From the IMG/VR virus record IMGVR_UViG_3300011115_000450, positions 1 to 57,920 of that record: 57,920 bases of DNA; one strand, 5' to 3'. The translations under genes were made by a program, and so were the position numbers. Numbering within the stretch: position 1 is the stretch's first letter; each line of letters starts with the position of its first letter. Source of the DNA: a virus (Duplodnaviria > Caudoviricetes). Positions 31,250 to 41,774 of the stretch are shown in pieces. The notes beneath the pieces are model-generated. The model saw only the letters and a list, made by a program, of their open reading frames with translations, made no database searches and was not told the origin of the DNA.

Positions 31250-31654
31250 TTATCCGTAGGTTTTGATGCACTCAAGGACGATGGTATACATATCACCAGC
31301 AGAAGCATCTGATGTGGTAAACGCCACATTGCCTGTCTTTCCGGTTCCTGCATTGTTCTGCAAGCCGCCAAACGAGTCAAAGCTCATATCGTAGGTAGTA
31401 TTCTGAGGGATCACCCAGCAGAACAAATCTGTGGTTGCATCCCAAAGGATGCGAACTTCCATACCATGAGTGTTGGCCCAGATGCGGTTGATCTTCACAC
31501 CAGTGCAAGCCTGACCAAATTGGTTAACTGCAAGGTTGGCAACGATCACTTTGTTGACAGCGGTTTCACCAGTGCCATCAGAGATGTTGGTAAACTTTTG
31601 GATTACAAGACGGTCCCCATCGAGAAGCGTCTGTGTTGCTACTGTATCGACCAT
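31250..31654 (-). CDS. Structural protein
   Basis: AGGAGG RBS; FTNISDGTGE motif. Confidence 0.65.
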   Translation of the reverse strand: MVDTVATQTLLDGDRLVIQKFTNISDGTGETAVNKVIVANLAVNQFGQACTGVKINRIWANTHGMEVRILWDATTDLFCWVIPQNTTYDMSFDSFGGLQNNAGTGKTGNVAFTTSDASAGDMYTIVLECIKTYG

Positions 31655-31670
31655 AATACCCTCCTATGGG

Positions 31671-31696
31671 AAGAAGGGGGGATTGCTCCCCCCAAT
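31671..31696 (-). terminator. Putative terminator hairpin
   Basis: GGGGGGA-GCAA-TCCCCCC-TTCTT on the - strand. Confidence 0.55.
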
Positions 31697-31698
31697 CA

Positions 31699-32427
31699 TT
31701 AAGCAGGGGTTACGCCGATTGCAGCAGTCTGCGTTGCATTTGGACCAGCCTGTGCGCCAGTCAGAGCAATGCCGATTACAAGGCGACGAGAGCCGTTTGC
31801 CGCAGTCGAAGCTGGCAGGAATGTGCCACGAACGTCGCCAGTTGCGTTTGTCGCTGGAGAAGTCGTATCAGCGGCAGTGAACGTGCCAGCATTGTCAGCA
31901 ACAGCGTTATTCCAGCCAGTGCGGAACAGGTAGCCAGCATCGGTCACGCGATATGGCAAGCCAAACGTATCACCATTGCCAACCGACAAGTTGCCAGTCA
32001 GAGCAGCAGATACCGCCACCTGAGTGATGGTCACAAATGCTTTCTTGCCGCTTACAGTGCTAGTGCCGTTGCAAGTCAGCAATTCAGTCTGGGCCTGACC
32101 ATAGTAGTCAGTGCCAGTGACCGTTACGGTCTGGGTCGTGTTACCAGCGTTTGAGGTCACGATTGACACGTTACGAGCATAGTCAAATGTCGCCACACCA
32201 GAAGTCGCCGATGCGCCATTGATCGTTGCATTACCAGCAGCAGCAACAGCCTGAGCAGCGCAAACTGCGGTGGCCGACAGTGCGGCAGGAACAATGTCAA
32301 AGGTATAAGTGCGTCCAAGTGGGCCAACGCCACGACCAATTACGCCGGGGTTCCCGCCGGATGCCCAGCTGTTTGTCTGAGGACCAGTAGCAGTCCCCAT
32401 ATATAAATCGTCACTCTGTTGTCCCAT
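31699..32427 (-). CDS. Capsid decoration / structural protein
   Basis: AAGGAG RBS; A/T/G-rich; ATNATGDVRGT motif; directly after the capsid gene. Confidence 0.65.
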   Translation of the reverse strand: MGQQSDDLYMGTATGPQTNSWASGGNPGVIGRGVGPLGRTYTFDIVPAALSATAVCAAQAVAAAGNATINGASATSGVATFDYARNVSIVTSNAGNTTQTVTVTGTDYYGQAQTELLTCNGTSTVSGKKAFVTITQVAVSAALTGNLSVGNGDTFGLPYRVTDAGYLFRTGWNNAVADNAGTFTAADTTSPATNATGDVRGTFLPASTAANGSRRLVIGIALTGAQAGPNATQTAAIGVTPA

Positions 32428-32474
32428 TGGTCTGCTCCTTGAAAAGTTTGACCGTTTCAGATGATGTAGTATGC

Positions 32475-32503
32475 AACAAAGGGGTGGAAATATCCACCCC
32501 CTT
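32475..32503 (-). terminator. Terminator/hairpin after the major capsid gene
   Basis: AAGGGGTGGA-TATT-TCCACCCCTT-TGTTG. Confidence 0.6.
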
Positions 32504-32513
32504 GCTAGTTTTT

Positions 32514-33431
32514 TTATACGCCAGCAGTGCCAAACACGCCGCGAGGATCGGTCCAACCGAACACATAACGCTCGGTAGCCTTGTAGCGCATGGAGTCGGT
32601 TTCGAAGTCACCTTCCATGCTCTTTTCCAGCGGACGGCGCATCAACAACTTCAACCCTTCTGGAGCGTCTGTCTGCACCCACCATGCGGTGTTTGAAGTC
32701 AAACGGGACAGATTGGCCTGACCACCGGACAAAACGCCGGTTGTGGTCAAAGGGTTGATGTCATTGTTGTTAGTGCCAGTGCGCAAAGCCGACTTCATCA
32801 ACACTTCAGCTTGGAAGAAGTTGGAAGGCGAAACGACCAGCTTTTTAGGCTCAAGACGGATCTTCTTGCCGTTGTTGTCAACAGCCTGACGGATCTGGAT
32901 GAGCATCTGCTCCAGAGAAGTCTGGGACAGTGCAGCTGCCGTGGACAGGACGTTCGAGAACGTCTGACCGTTTGCGATAGGATGCGAAGCGTTAACAAGC
33001 GAAACACCGTCGCCGCCGTTATAACCAGCAGTGAACGAGTAGTTCAGGATGTTAGCACCAAGCGTTTCCTTGGTTTCGATGAGCGAACGAGCAAGATGCT
33101 CTGCGTAGGTGCGGCCAATCGAGATATGATCGCCGTCCTCAACGAGAACCTTGGTGAGCGCAAAGGCCATGCCGTATACACGGTAGGTGTATCGGGCAAG
33201 GAACAGAACGCCGCCGCTCTGGTAGGTTACGGCAGTGCCGTCAGGAAGTTCTGGTGCAGCACCAAAACCATAGAGAACTGGCTCTTCGTGATAGTTGCGC
33301 GGAATACCACGCTGTTCACGGAAAACCTGTTTCCATTCATCCGAACGGACATTGTAGATGCCGTCAAAGGTTTCGTTCAGGATCGGTTCAACGACTGAAC
33401 GAAAGTCAGTAGACCTCATTGGAAGTGCCAT
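32514..33431 (-). CDS. Major capsid protein
   Basis: 305 aa; GFGAAP..DG..Y; GGDGVSL..HP; EGDFET..RYKATERY.FGW.DPRG..G; position after the scaffold. Confidence 0.85.
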   Translation of the reverse strand: MALPMRSTDFRSVVEPILNETFDGIYNVRSDEWKQVFREQRGIPRNYHEEPVLYGFGAAPELPDGTAVTYQSGGVLFLARYTYRVYGMAFALTKVLVEDGDHISIGRTYAEHLARSLIETKETLGANILNYSFTAGYNGGDGVSLVNASHPIANGQTFSNVLSTAAALSQTSLEQMLIQIRQAVDNNGKKIRLEPKKLVVSPSNFFQAEVLMKSALRTGTNNNDINPLTTTGVLSGGQANLSRLTSNTAWWVQTDAPEGLKLLMRRPLEKSMEGDFETDSMRYKATERYVFGWTDPRGVFGTAGV

Positions 33432-33445
33432 AGTTCAAGCCCTCC

Positions 33446-34015
33446 TTAGTAAGAAGCGCGGTCAGCGACGTTCTGATGTTCAGAGATCTGGACCTGAACA
33501 ATCGGGTATGCGTCGCCCCAAGCGTTGTTGACATAGTTGGACAGACCGATGACACGAAGCTGTGCATTGGTTGCGGCGGAAGCAACATCAAGCTGCGCAG
33601 TGGACAGACCGGTAGTGGTATTACCCGTTACACCGTTAATGTCATACTGCTGACCGATTTTATCAATCGACAGTGCAGCATTTGCCTGAATTTCATAAAC
33701 GATTGTGTAATCGGTCGTGAAGTAGGCAATGATGTTTGTGCCAGTCGTGCCACTTGGCCAATAGTTGCCAACACGCTGACGGCCAGTGGCATCAACCCAT
33801 TCAACACCCATGAAGGTGCCAATGACTCGTTCGCCAGCAGCTGCTTGAACAATATAGCCTTCATAACCAGTGTCGGTCGAAAGGCCATAACGGACGGGCA
33901 TGGACTGAAATACATCAGCAGCATACCCAGATTTGATTTGGCCGCTATACGGGCGGGTCGTCCCCATCGGGGAGTAGACCGCACGAAGGCCAAACGGTGC
34001 GGAAGTTGAAGGCAT
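33446..34015 (-). CDS. Capsid-associated (cement/minor capsid) protein
   Basis: APFGLR..G.F.G.E; immediately upstream of the capsid gene. Confidence 0.6.
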   Translation of the reverse strand: MPSTSAPFGLRAVYSPMGTTRPYSGQIKSGYAADVFQSMPVRYGLSTDTGYEGYIVQAAAGERVIGTFMGVEWVDATGRQRVGNYWPSGTTGTNIIAYFTTDYTIVYEIQANAALSIDKIGQQYDINGVTGNTTTGLSTAQLDVASAATNAQLRVIGLSNYVNNAWGDAYPIVQVQISEHQNVADRASY

Positions 34016-34031
34016 TTCTTCATCCTCAAAG

Positions 34032-34547
34032 TTAGCGGTTCATGGGGGAGCGCAAACTAGAAAGACCATCACCTTCTTGAATATCCGACCCCATTTGCTT
34101 GGCTTGATTCCGAATGAAATCGGCAGTATCAGCCAGTTTTTGCTCCTCTTGCCGAGGCCGCTCATGGTGCGATTCATGCATATACGCTTCATAGAGACGC
34201 ATAGGCAGTTTGAAGGCAACCATTTCATTTACACCAATCATGCCAGCATATTCGCCTGTTTTGATGGAAATGTAGTCCCAACCGGGAATTTCCTCAGGAG
34301 TCACTGGAACATAACCAATGGAGCGACGATAATGGATCGAGTCACGGGGGTTTGTGGTTGTCAGCCAGCAAACATGGTATCCGGGAAGATCAGGTAGATC
34401 CGGCAGCGCAGATTGATAGAGTGAAGCCTTGAACATATCCAAACGATCTTCATCAGTCACAACTCTGTTTTCGGTAACAGGGCGGTCCGACATAGCGCGG
34501 TTGGCTCTGGCAGAATCTTCACTTTTCTTAATACGTTCGTCTGACAT
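34032..34547 (-). CDS. Conserved head-module protein
   Basis: PDLPGYHVCW..GYVPV; between scaffold and capsid. Confidence 0.6.
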   Translation of the reverse strand: MSDERIKKSEDSARANRAMSDRPVTENRVVTDEDRLDMFKASLYQSALPDLPDLPGYHVCWLTTTNPRDSIHYRRSIGYVPVTPEEIPGWDYISIKTGEYAGMIGVNEMVAFKLPMRLYEAYMHESHHERPRQEEQKLADTADFIRNQAKQMGSDIQEGDGLSSLRSPMNR

Positions 34548-34565
34548 GACGATTTCCTTTCGAGG

Positions 34566-35489
34566 TTAACGGCTTGAGTTCTGTTTGTCGTATTCTTGAT
34601 ATTTTCGCACATACTTCTTGCGGGTCTCTGGGTCATCCCAAAGATTCGCATCCTTCAGTGCTTGAATACGAGACGCAGACAGAGGAACTTGTTCTCGTGT
34701 TGTCGCCCGTGGAGAATACTCACCACGACCAGCAACAGGTGGGCCTGAACTCCCGCGCTTCCGGTCAACAGCAGAACCGAGCCGCCGTCTCACACGCGCA
34801 TCCAATTCGTCCCAATAGTCCTCACTCGAAGGTGCAACACCTTTTTGCCGAGCCTCTTTTGCCCATGCCTCATCAATGGCACGAGCTACAATCGAATCTT
34901 CGTCCTCTCCCGCAGGATTGAACCAAGAGTTCTCTTGCATCCACTGTTTAGCTAAGTTTTCCGTCCTTGCGTCCAAAGATGGAACTTTTTGCTGCAACTG
35001 GGGATTGGTTAACTGACGCTTCAGCTCTTCAGCCTCATGCGCCATTTTGACACTTTGCTCACGGAGACGTTGCGCTTTAATCGCTTTGTCACCATCGCCA
35101 GTCTCAAATGCTTCCTTCAACGATGCTTCAGCATTGGCTATCTGCTGCAAAGCATAGTTGTATCGCTGTTCAGCGATGCTGGCGTCGGATTGAACATTGC
35201 GGCTTTCAAGAGCCTCAAGTCGTTCCTTGGCCATTGCAAGTTCAGTTAAAAGGACAGCGTTTTCTTCCCGCGCCCGTTTAATACGATCCTTCTGACGCGC
35301 TTTCTGACGCTTCCGGCGAAGCTGGCGGGTGTTCTCTTCACTGCCATCTTCTCCTTCATCCTGAGCATCACGCTGATCGGACTCAAGACGTTCGTCCTCA
35401 TCATCATCGTCATCTTGCTCGTCGATCTCGACAATTTCGAGTTCGTGATCGTGTTCGTCATCTTCGTGGAGATTGCGTTTGTCGTTCAT
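34566..35489 (-). CDS. Putative scaffolding protein
   Basis: Acidic N-terminus, long coiled coil, W..ENSWF..EDYWDELD.R. Confidence 0.65.
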   Translation of the reverse strand: MNDKRNLHEDDEHDHELEIVEIDEQDDDDDEDERLESDQRDAQDEGEDGSEENTRQLRRKRQKARQKDRIKRAREENAVLLTELAMAKERLEALESRNVQSDASIAEQRYNYALQQIANAEASLKEAFETGDGDKAIKAQRLREQSVKMAHEAEELKRQLTNPQLQQKVPSLDARTENLAKQWMQENSWFNPAGEDEDSIVARAIDEAWAKEARQKGVAPSSEDYWDELDARVRRRLGSAVDRKRGSSGPPVAGRGEYSPRATTREQVPLSASRIQALKDANLWDDPETRKKYVRKYQEYDKQNSSR

Positions 35490-35497
35490 GTCACACC

Positions 35498-35926
35498 TCA
35501 AATATATGCCTGAACTGACAATGGATCGCCAGTTACTGTGCCAACAATATCAAGGTCGTTAAAGATCACGAACTCAACCTTTTCTCCAAGCTCACCGGGG
35601 AGATCCCGGCGCCATCTTGATCCAGCATACTTCGGAACGAACACAAAGTCACCATGTTTATACCAAGCCCCTTCAGGCCAAAGCTCCATTGTGTTCCGAT
35701 TGCGAAATGCCAAAGGTCCTACTCCCACGACCTTTGCCACTTGCGTATTGTCTGCTTCTGCCCCCTTATCGTAGTCGGACAGAAGTATCCCCCCCTTAGT
35801 CACCTTTTTGGCCCGACGGATTTGGACCAAAACACGAGAGCCTGTTGGCGCAATACCGAAATCAAAATCGGGAAATGCAACATCAAGTTCTGATGATTGG
35901 GGATTCACCACGGCGATATTGACCAT
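35498..35926 (-). CDS. groES: GroES-like co-chaperonin
   Basis: PTGSRVLVQ..TKGGILL..AKVVGVGP..GDFV..KYAG..IFNDLDIVG. Confidence 0.8.
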   Translation of the reverse strand: MVNIAVVNPQSSELDVAFPDFDFGIAPTGSRVLVQIRRAKKVTKGGILLSDYDKGAEADNTQVAKVVGVGPLAFRNRNTMELWPEGAWYKHGDFVFVPKYAGSRWRRDLPGELGEKVEFVIFNDLDIVGTVTGDPLSVQAYI

Positions 35927-36131
35927 GATCGTCATCCTCACTTTCATTGTAGACAGCCGTTTCGATAGTCTCCACGGCTCGTTTAAGGCCAGCATAATTA
36001 CCGACCATACGCCCATATTCATAGGCATCTCGTTGAGCTGGGCTAGAAAGCGCACTATGAGCCAATTCGTTCAGCTCCTTTTTCAACGCTATAATAACCC
36101 GCTCTATAAGCTGGTAGTCAGTTCTTCCCAC
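35883..36131 (-). CDS. Hypothetical protein
   Basis: EYGRMVG.YAGL; in operon. Confidence 0.6.
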   Translation of the reverse strand: MGRTDYQLIERVIIALKKELNELAHSALSSPAQRDAYEYGRMVGNYAGLKRAVETIETAVYNESEDDDHGQYRRGESPIIRT

Positions 36132-36363
36132 CGCGCTTCAAACCTTTCATCGACTCCTGACGGTCGTGCTTGGCATCCATTGGGGACTTTTCCCAATTCT
36201 TCATGGACATTCCATGTTTCTTTGCCAGCTTCTTATCCTGCGCCATATCCTTTGCAGAATTCTCGAACATGCCACCTTTTTTCATAGGGGCAGCTGCACC
36301 TTTATGCTGTGGGATAGATTGACCCATAGCCATGCGCTTGTGTTGTGAAATTGGACCAGCCAT
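36118..36363 (-). CDS. Small basic protein with KKGG/KRGG motifs
   Basis: AAGGAG RBS; follows the portal gene. Confidence 0.6.
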   Translation of the reverse strand: MAGPISQHKRMAMGQSIPQHKGAAAPMKKGGMFENSAKDMAQDKKLAKKHGMSMKNWEKSPMDAKHDRQESMKGLKRGGKN

Positions 36364-36364
36364 T

Positions 36365-38812
36365 TTATTCTCCTTGTCTACCTAAACCTGTGCCATTTTT
36401 GATGTTGGTGCGCTTACCAGCCTGTATCTCAGACGCTGCAATGAGCATGGCGGTTTGATTATCCTCTTGGTTAATCTTCTCGCGCATTTGCAGCTCTGCC
36501 ATCTTAGCCTGAGAAGAGGCTTCGATCTTTTGTTGTTCAACAGCAACCTTAGCCTGATCGGCTTGAGATTTAGCCTGAACGGCCTGTTGTTGAACCTTGG
36601 TTGTCTCCATCGCAACTTGCGTTGGGTCCATTGGTTTTGGATTGAGCGACTGCATAAACTGGATAGCCTGTTGCACAACTTGCGGGATGCCACCCAGCAA
36701 TGCTTGAGCTTCTTGGTTAACCAGCCCACTTGCAGCAGCAAGCATACGGTCAAATTCCTGATCAATGATCGGGTCTTTAATGTCCATCAGCTCTGACACA
36801 TCACGCCCCGCCGCATCAGAGGTAATCTTAACAATCTCGTTCACATACCAGAGTGCGATATGATCCTTAACATGGTTCATCATAATAGGGATGATGACTG
36901 GAGCAATGATTGGATTAGCCCCAAGAGCAGGATTTGTCAGATAATCAAGATGCACTTTCAAGTGAGCAACATGATCCTGATCGGGGAAGGCAATCAAACT
37001 CTTGCCCATTGTCCCAGCCAAGTTCTCATTGACGGCATTAAGACGCTCTGGTTTTGGAAGCGGAACCAAGAGCTTTTTTGCGTTCGGGATTTTTGTCCGC
37101 TCAAGGATAAGTTCTTCAACCTTACGCAAATCGTAAAGCTGCGGCATTGCGCTTGCGCGTTGCTCGATAATCTGGATCTGAGCAAATCGTTGCATCTCAG
37201 AGAAGATGTTAGGATCTGACACTGGGACCACATCAAGCGGCCCTTCAAAGTCAGAACGCTTAACCATCAGTTCTCCGGTTTGGGCAACAACTTCTGCCTC
37301 ATCCAGATAATACGAGTTCAAACGGTGCAGGACTTTGAGAGTCTTGCCCATCGAGTCATGCAATCGAGCATGAATCCCGTTAAACACCGTCATGCCCTGT
37401 TCAATCAAAGCAAGGGTTGTCCCCACCGGCAAACGGTCTGGATTGTCGGAAAGATCTTCAAACGTCGTGCGCACAACACCTTTGGCCGAATCGACCAAGA
37501 AGCCCATCAATGTGTAGAGCGTCTGGGACGGGCCGGGGAACGGCAATTGCATGAACATCTTGCGGATGTCATCGTTGTTTGGCGTTCCTTCGATTTCAAG
37601 AATCTGTGTAGGCTGCACGTTCAAAGACTGACCGCCCTTGGAGCCACCTTTCAGCTTCAGTCCAGTCTGGCTGTTCTGGATGTGTGCGCTATCCAACAAA
37701 GCACGAAGCGAACCAGTGATAGAAGCAGCAAGGCCACCAATCATATGCACAATGCCGATTGGGTATGCGCCACGCCAAGGGACAAACGGGAACTCAATGA
37801 TCCAATCTAGCGCAATGCGGCGAGGATCTGCCTCATCCCAGTTGCGATAGATGGAAAGAATGGTGGATGTCGAGTGGTCAATCGTAATGATATACGGGGC
37901 CACATCCCCTTTTGTAACGGTGTCCTCATTGATCTCGCAGTCAATGTAGACTTCGTAGATCATCCGCAAGCCATCGTCATCATAGGCATCTGTCTGTTCG
38001 CGGCCTTCAATCTTATCGTTGGCGGCTTCAGCCTTGGTCTGTTCTGGCGGTGCAGCATTCGGAAGATCGACATCCCGATATAGGCCGGATGCAACGCGAC
38101 GCTCATACTCAAGGCGTGTAATCTGCTGACGCTGAGTCTTGCGCTCTGCCGTATAAAACGATGTTGCAGCAAACGGCAGATACATGTCATCAATGGTGAT
38201 CAGGAATGGGCGCGGACGCTTTAAGCGTTTGTCCCATGTCAATTTGAGATACTGCGCACCGCCCAACGGAACCTGTGTCAAGAGTTGTTCAAGTTCTGAA
38301 CGAAACTCTGGCATTTGTTCAGTTAGCTGCCAGTTCATGTAACGGCTTTTGCGCTTGGCCTTGTCTATCTTTTCTTGTGTAGACTCACCAATGATCTGAT
38401 CTTTGACAGGTCCGCTGTCTGGGCCGCTGCGGGGGAACAGTTCTTTGATGGCTCGTGCTGCAAAATCAATGCAAACTTCTGTCAAAATTGGATGAACAAC
38501 ACGGCTTGCACCCTGAAACTGTGCGCCGCCGGGGGCATCGTCACCTAAACCTGTGCGACGGATGCCTTCTTCATATTGTTTGTCCCGCAGCTTACGAGCA
38601 TCTTTGTCGCGCTGGATCGACTCAAGAATGTCATCAGCCAGATCTGCCATGATGCGATCTGGCATGTATTCTGACAGGTTAGCATAAAACTCAGGGTTTT
38701 CTTCAACCTCTGAACCAAGCGTAATGATAGCTCCACCGTCATCGGTATATTCAATGTCGTCGTGGTCATCATCATCGTTCTGGTCTTGATTCATGCTGTT
38801 TGGATCAACCAT
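36365..38812 (-). CDS. Portal protein
   Basis: 815 aa; [22 protein letters not shown]; [12 protein letters not shown]; [12 protein letters not shown]. Confidence 0.8.
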   Translation of the reverse strand: MVDPNSMNQDQNDDDDHDDIEYTDDGGAIITLGSEVEENPEFYANLSEYMPDRIMADLADDILESIQRDKDARKLRDKQYEEGIRRTGLGDDAPGGAQFQGASRVVHPILTEVCIDFAARAIKELFPRSGPDSGPVKDQIIGESTQEKIDKAKRKSRYMNWQLTEQMPEFRSELEQLLTQVPLGGAQYLKLTWDKRLKRPRPFLITIDDMYLPFAATSFYTAERKTQRQQITRLEYERRVASGLYRDVDLPNAAPPEQTKAEAANDKIEGREQTDAYDDDGLRMIYEVYIDCEINEDTVTKGDVAPYIITIDHSTSTILSIYRNWDEADPRRIALDWIIEFPFVPWRGAYPIGIVHMIGGLAASITGSLRALLDSAHIQNSQTGLKLKGGSKGGQSLNVQPTQILEIEGTPNNDDIRKMFMQLPFPGPSQTLYTLMGFLVDSAKGVVRTTFEDLSDNPDRLPVGTTLALIEQGMTVFNGIHARLHDSMGKTLKVLHRLNSYYLDEAEVVAQTGELMVKRSDFEGPLDVVPVSDPNIFSEMQRFAQIQIIEQRASAMPQLYDLRKVEELILERTKIPNAKKLLVPLPKPERLNAVNENLAGTMGKSLIAFPDQDHVAHLKVHLDYLTNPALGANPIIAPVIIPIMMNHVKDHIALWYVNEIVKITSDAAGRDVSELMDIKDPIIDQEFDRMLAAASGLVNQEAQALLGGIPQVVQQAIQFMQSLNPKPMDPTQVAMETTKVQQQAVQAKSQADQAKVAVEQQKIEASSQAKMAELQMREKINQEDNQTAMLIAASEIQAGKRTNIKNGTGLGRQGE

Positions 38813-38813
38813 G

Positions 38814-41774
38814 TTATGTGTTCCGCATCCTGTTTAATGGACCTACTGCGCCGCCTTCAGCTTTGTAAAACGACTGTTGTGGACCGTATCCATAGCGATA
38901 ATAGTTTATTCTTGGATCAACATACTGACGGCCAGATGACTGGAACCGGGCAACAGGAGTTAATTTTTCTTCGGCTTTTTGTTGGGCAATCATTGCCGCT
39001 GCAATCTGTGCAGCTGTTGGGCTTCCACCACCACCACCGCCACCACCAGATGGCATTTGCGGGATGACTCCAGCAGGGAGCTTAAATTGAGAATCAATCT
39101 TTGGAACGTCCGCTATTTGGAAAGGTGCCATCTGCGAAGTTGGGGCCATCAAGTTTGAAATTCTGGCTCTGGTATCAACCCCTTCCATATTTGGGGTTTT
39201 AATGCCAAAATCTTCTCTAGCTGGTTGGTTCGCGTATTCATACGGCGAAAGATAATTTGGCACAGCAGCTGCACGAACAGCGTCACTATCCCTATACATG
39301 TCTGAAGGAGGCCGTGAACCCATAAGATAATCAGATGCACTTGGGTTTCCGGTTAATTTAAGCCCTAAGTTTGCTAATGCTCCGTATGGGCCAAGGATTA
39401 CTCCCGGAAGAGCATCGGCAGCAACTCTTAACCCAGTTCCAACTGGGTCATCAATAACGCCTCTAACCGCATCTTCTGCTCTGCCATAAGCCTTGTTTGC
39501 AAAAGCTGTTACTGGGTTGTTATCCCTAAGCCCTTCAGGAGGAACAGGAGGAATAGGAATTGGAGCAGCTACTGGAGGAGGAGAAAGAGAAAACGGATTT
39601 GTTGACTCTGCTGTCATACCTTCAGTTCCAACAGCAGGAGCTACTGACCCTGCTGGGTTTGGCCCTCTAGCAACAGAAGGTTGGGGCGGGTTTGGTAACA
39701 AACTATCAAAATCAATTGTCCGTTGCACATCAAATGGGTCTGTTGGTGCGCGGGTTTGATCTTGCTTAGTAGTTAAATTATCCGGTGAAGGGCGAGGTTG
39801 GTTTGTTACCGGATCAGGTTGTATTACGCCATTTTTAGACAAAATCGGGTTATTTTGGCTACCATACGGGCCAGAAGGAGGAGCTGGCGTTGTCCCAATG
39901 CTTTTGATGTAGTCAATGAAATTGTTGCCAGCATTTTTAATTGCATCTGTAGCTGACGAAATAATGTCCGTATTTTGTGCTTTTGGCTGTTGCGTTGCAT
40001 CAGGAGCTTTGAACTCAACTGTTTGCTGAACTTGGGGCTGAACATTATTGTCGCCACCAGCCCTTGTTTTGTCCTGATCTTTGTTCTGGTCAGCAGGATT
40101 GGCGTTTGGCAGTGTTGCAGCATTAGCGTTCCCCACAAGCGCGTTGCTGATAAGGTCAAGGATACCGGGAGACGCAGCTTTGTTTGCCGCATTTTCTATG
40201 GGCGTTGAAGCTGGTTCAAGGCTTTTGGTATAATCAGCAATGGCCCCAGTTAACGGGTCAAACGCCGTCATGCCGCTAACATCAGCCCCAAAAGAAACGG
40301 TTGGCGCATTGTTCGCCCCAGACACATCGCCCACGCCAAACTGGCTGACTTGGCCAATAGATGATTCAGGTGACAGGCCATATAGGTTGTAACCTGTCTG
40401 AGCAATTTCAGAAGTTATGCTGGATGTATCTATAGATGCGTATGGGTTTCCATAATCTTGATACCCCATATATGGGTCATATACCGAAGATGACTGCGGC
40501 CCAATGTCATAGTTTGCATATGGGTTTATTTGGGAACTATAATCATAATTTGCAAAGTTTGATGGCTGGGACCAATACGATTCATTAACAAACGGGTTAA
40601 AATAGTCATAATTTGACATGCCCATTGTTGAAGATGACGGCCCATAATCGGATACATTATAGTTGTAGTTTCCATAATCATACGCTGAATAACCGGGGTT
40701 ATATGACGTATCAATGGATGTTGTCGATGGACCGCTAGAAATTGACATATACGGGTCTTCATCAAACTGAGGTAGCCCTGTCTTAGGGTTTATAGTTCCC
40801 GACCCACCCATCTGTTTAAGCATTGCTGCTTCGCGGGGGTTAATATGGGCAAGGATCGTATCCCCGTTGTTCCCCATCTTGGCCAGAGACTTTGCAGCTG
40901 CATAGCGCATGGGGGCAGAAGTGAGGAACTTGTCAAAGTTCAACCCGCGCTTCTGAAACTCCTGACGCATCTTCTCTTCAATAGCAGAGGTCGTGGACTG
41001 GTTTGCTTGTGGCGGCAAACCGCCTTTAGGCTGGGCTGGGATCTTGCCGCCCTTGGCCATTGCAAAGCCGCCTTTAGCCATCATGCCATTGATCTGGTCT
41101 TGCGCATCCTGTGGAACACGGTTGGCCAACATGCCTTCTTGCGGCTCAGATACAATGCCACCTTCAGCAAAACGGCGTTCGTATGTTGCGCCAGCGTTAT
41201 AACTTGGTTTGCTTGGTTCCATGCCGTAACGGCGTGTAGATGACCCGTGGATAGACAGCGTTGCCGGGTTTGGCCCGTCTTTTTGGCCGACATCCACTGT
41301 TACATTGCCGGACAAACCGCGCATTTTATTGCTGATGGAGATAGGAGTAGCAGTGGCGTTTATCCCACCATCTCTACCCAACACAGCGTGAAGAGGAATA
41401 ACGCTTGGGTCTTTTTCAGACATTCCAAGCCCTTTTAACTTTTGATGCTGTTCTTTGGCGTATCCCATCAACGTGTCCCCGCGAGATAAGGGGGATAGCT
41501 GGTTGTCGTATGGAATTTCACCAATCTGGTTCTCTTGCCCGTAGTTCATGCCTTCAGCAAGGTTAAGTCTTTCCAGAGGGGATTCATCGCGCCCTTGACG
41601 GTCTGCTAGGCTTCTTTTGTCCGCAAGAATAGCATTAACGTCTACCTTTGGGGCTGTGATTTTTGAAGGTTTGCCTGAATTAGCCGTCCCCCCGATATAC
41701 CCAGCATTGTTAAAGGTCTTGAGAACCTCTGTTTGCTTTGCAAGCTCTTCGGGGGTTGGGTAATTATATGGCAT
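38814..41774 (-). CDS. Large low-complexity virion-associated protein
   Basis: 986 aa between TerL and portal; shares motifs with 16372-17469. Confidence 0.65.
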   Translation of the reverse strand: MPYNYPTPEELAKQTEVLKTFNNAGYIGGTANSGKPSKITAPKVDVNAILADKRSLADRQGRDESPLERLNLAEGMNYGQENQIGEIPYDNQLSPLSRGDTLMGYAKEQHQKLKGLGMSEKDPSVIPLHAVLGRDGGINATATPISISNKMRGLSGNVTVDVGQKDGPNPATLSIHGSSTRRYGMEPSKPSYNAGATYERRFAEGGIVSEPQEGMLANRVPQDAQDQINGMMAKGGFAMAKGGKIPAQPKGGLPPQANQSTTSAIEEKMRQEFQKRGLNFDKFLTSAPMRYAAAKSLAKMGNNGDTILAHINPREAAMLKQMGGSGTINPKTGLPQFDEDPYMSISSGPSTTSIDTSYNPGYSAYDYGNYNYNVSDYGPSSSTMGMSNYDYFNPFVNESYWSQPSNFANYDYSSQINPYANYDIGPQSSSVYDPYMGYQDYGNPYASIDTSSITSEIAQTGYNLYGLSPESSIGQVSQFGVGDVSGANNAPTVSFGADVSGMTAFDPLTGAIADYTKSLEPASTPIENAANKAASPGILDLISNALVGNANAATLPNANPADQNKDQDKTRAGGDNNVQPQVQQTVEFKAPDATQQPKAQNTDIISSATDAIKNAGNNFIDYIKSIGTTPAPPSGPYGSQNNPILSKNGVIQPDPVTNQPRPSPDNLTTKQDQTRAPTDPFDVQRTIDFDSLLPNPPQPSVARGPNPAGSVAPAVGTEGMTAESTNPFSLSPPPVAAPIPIPPVPPEGLRDNNPVTAFANKAYGRAEDAVRGVIDDPVGTGLRVAADALPGVILGPYGALANLGLKLTGNPSASDYLMGSRPPSDMYRDSDAVRAAAVPNYLSPYEYANQPAREDFGIKTPNMEGVDTRARISNLMAPTSQMAPFQIADVPKIDSQFKLPAGVIPQMPSGGGGGGGGSPTAAQIAAAMIAQQKAEEKLTPVARFQSSGRQYVDPRINYYRYGYGPQQSFYKAEGGAVGPLNRMRNT

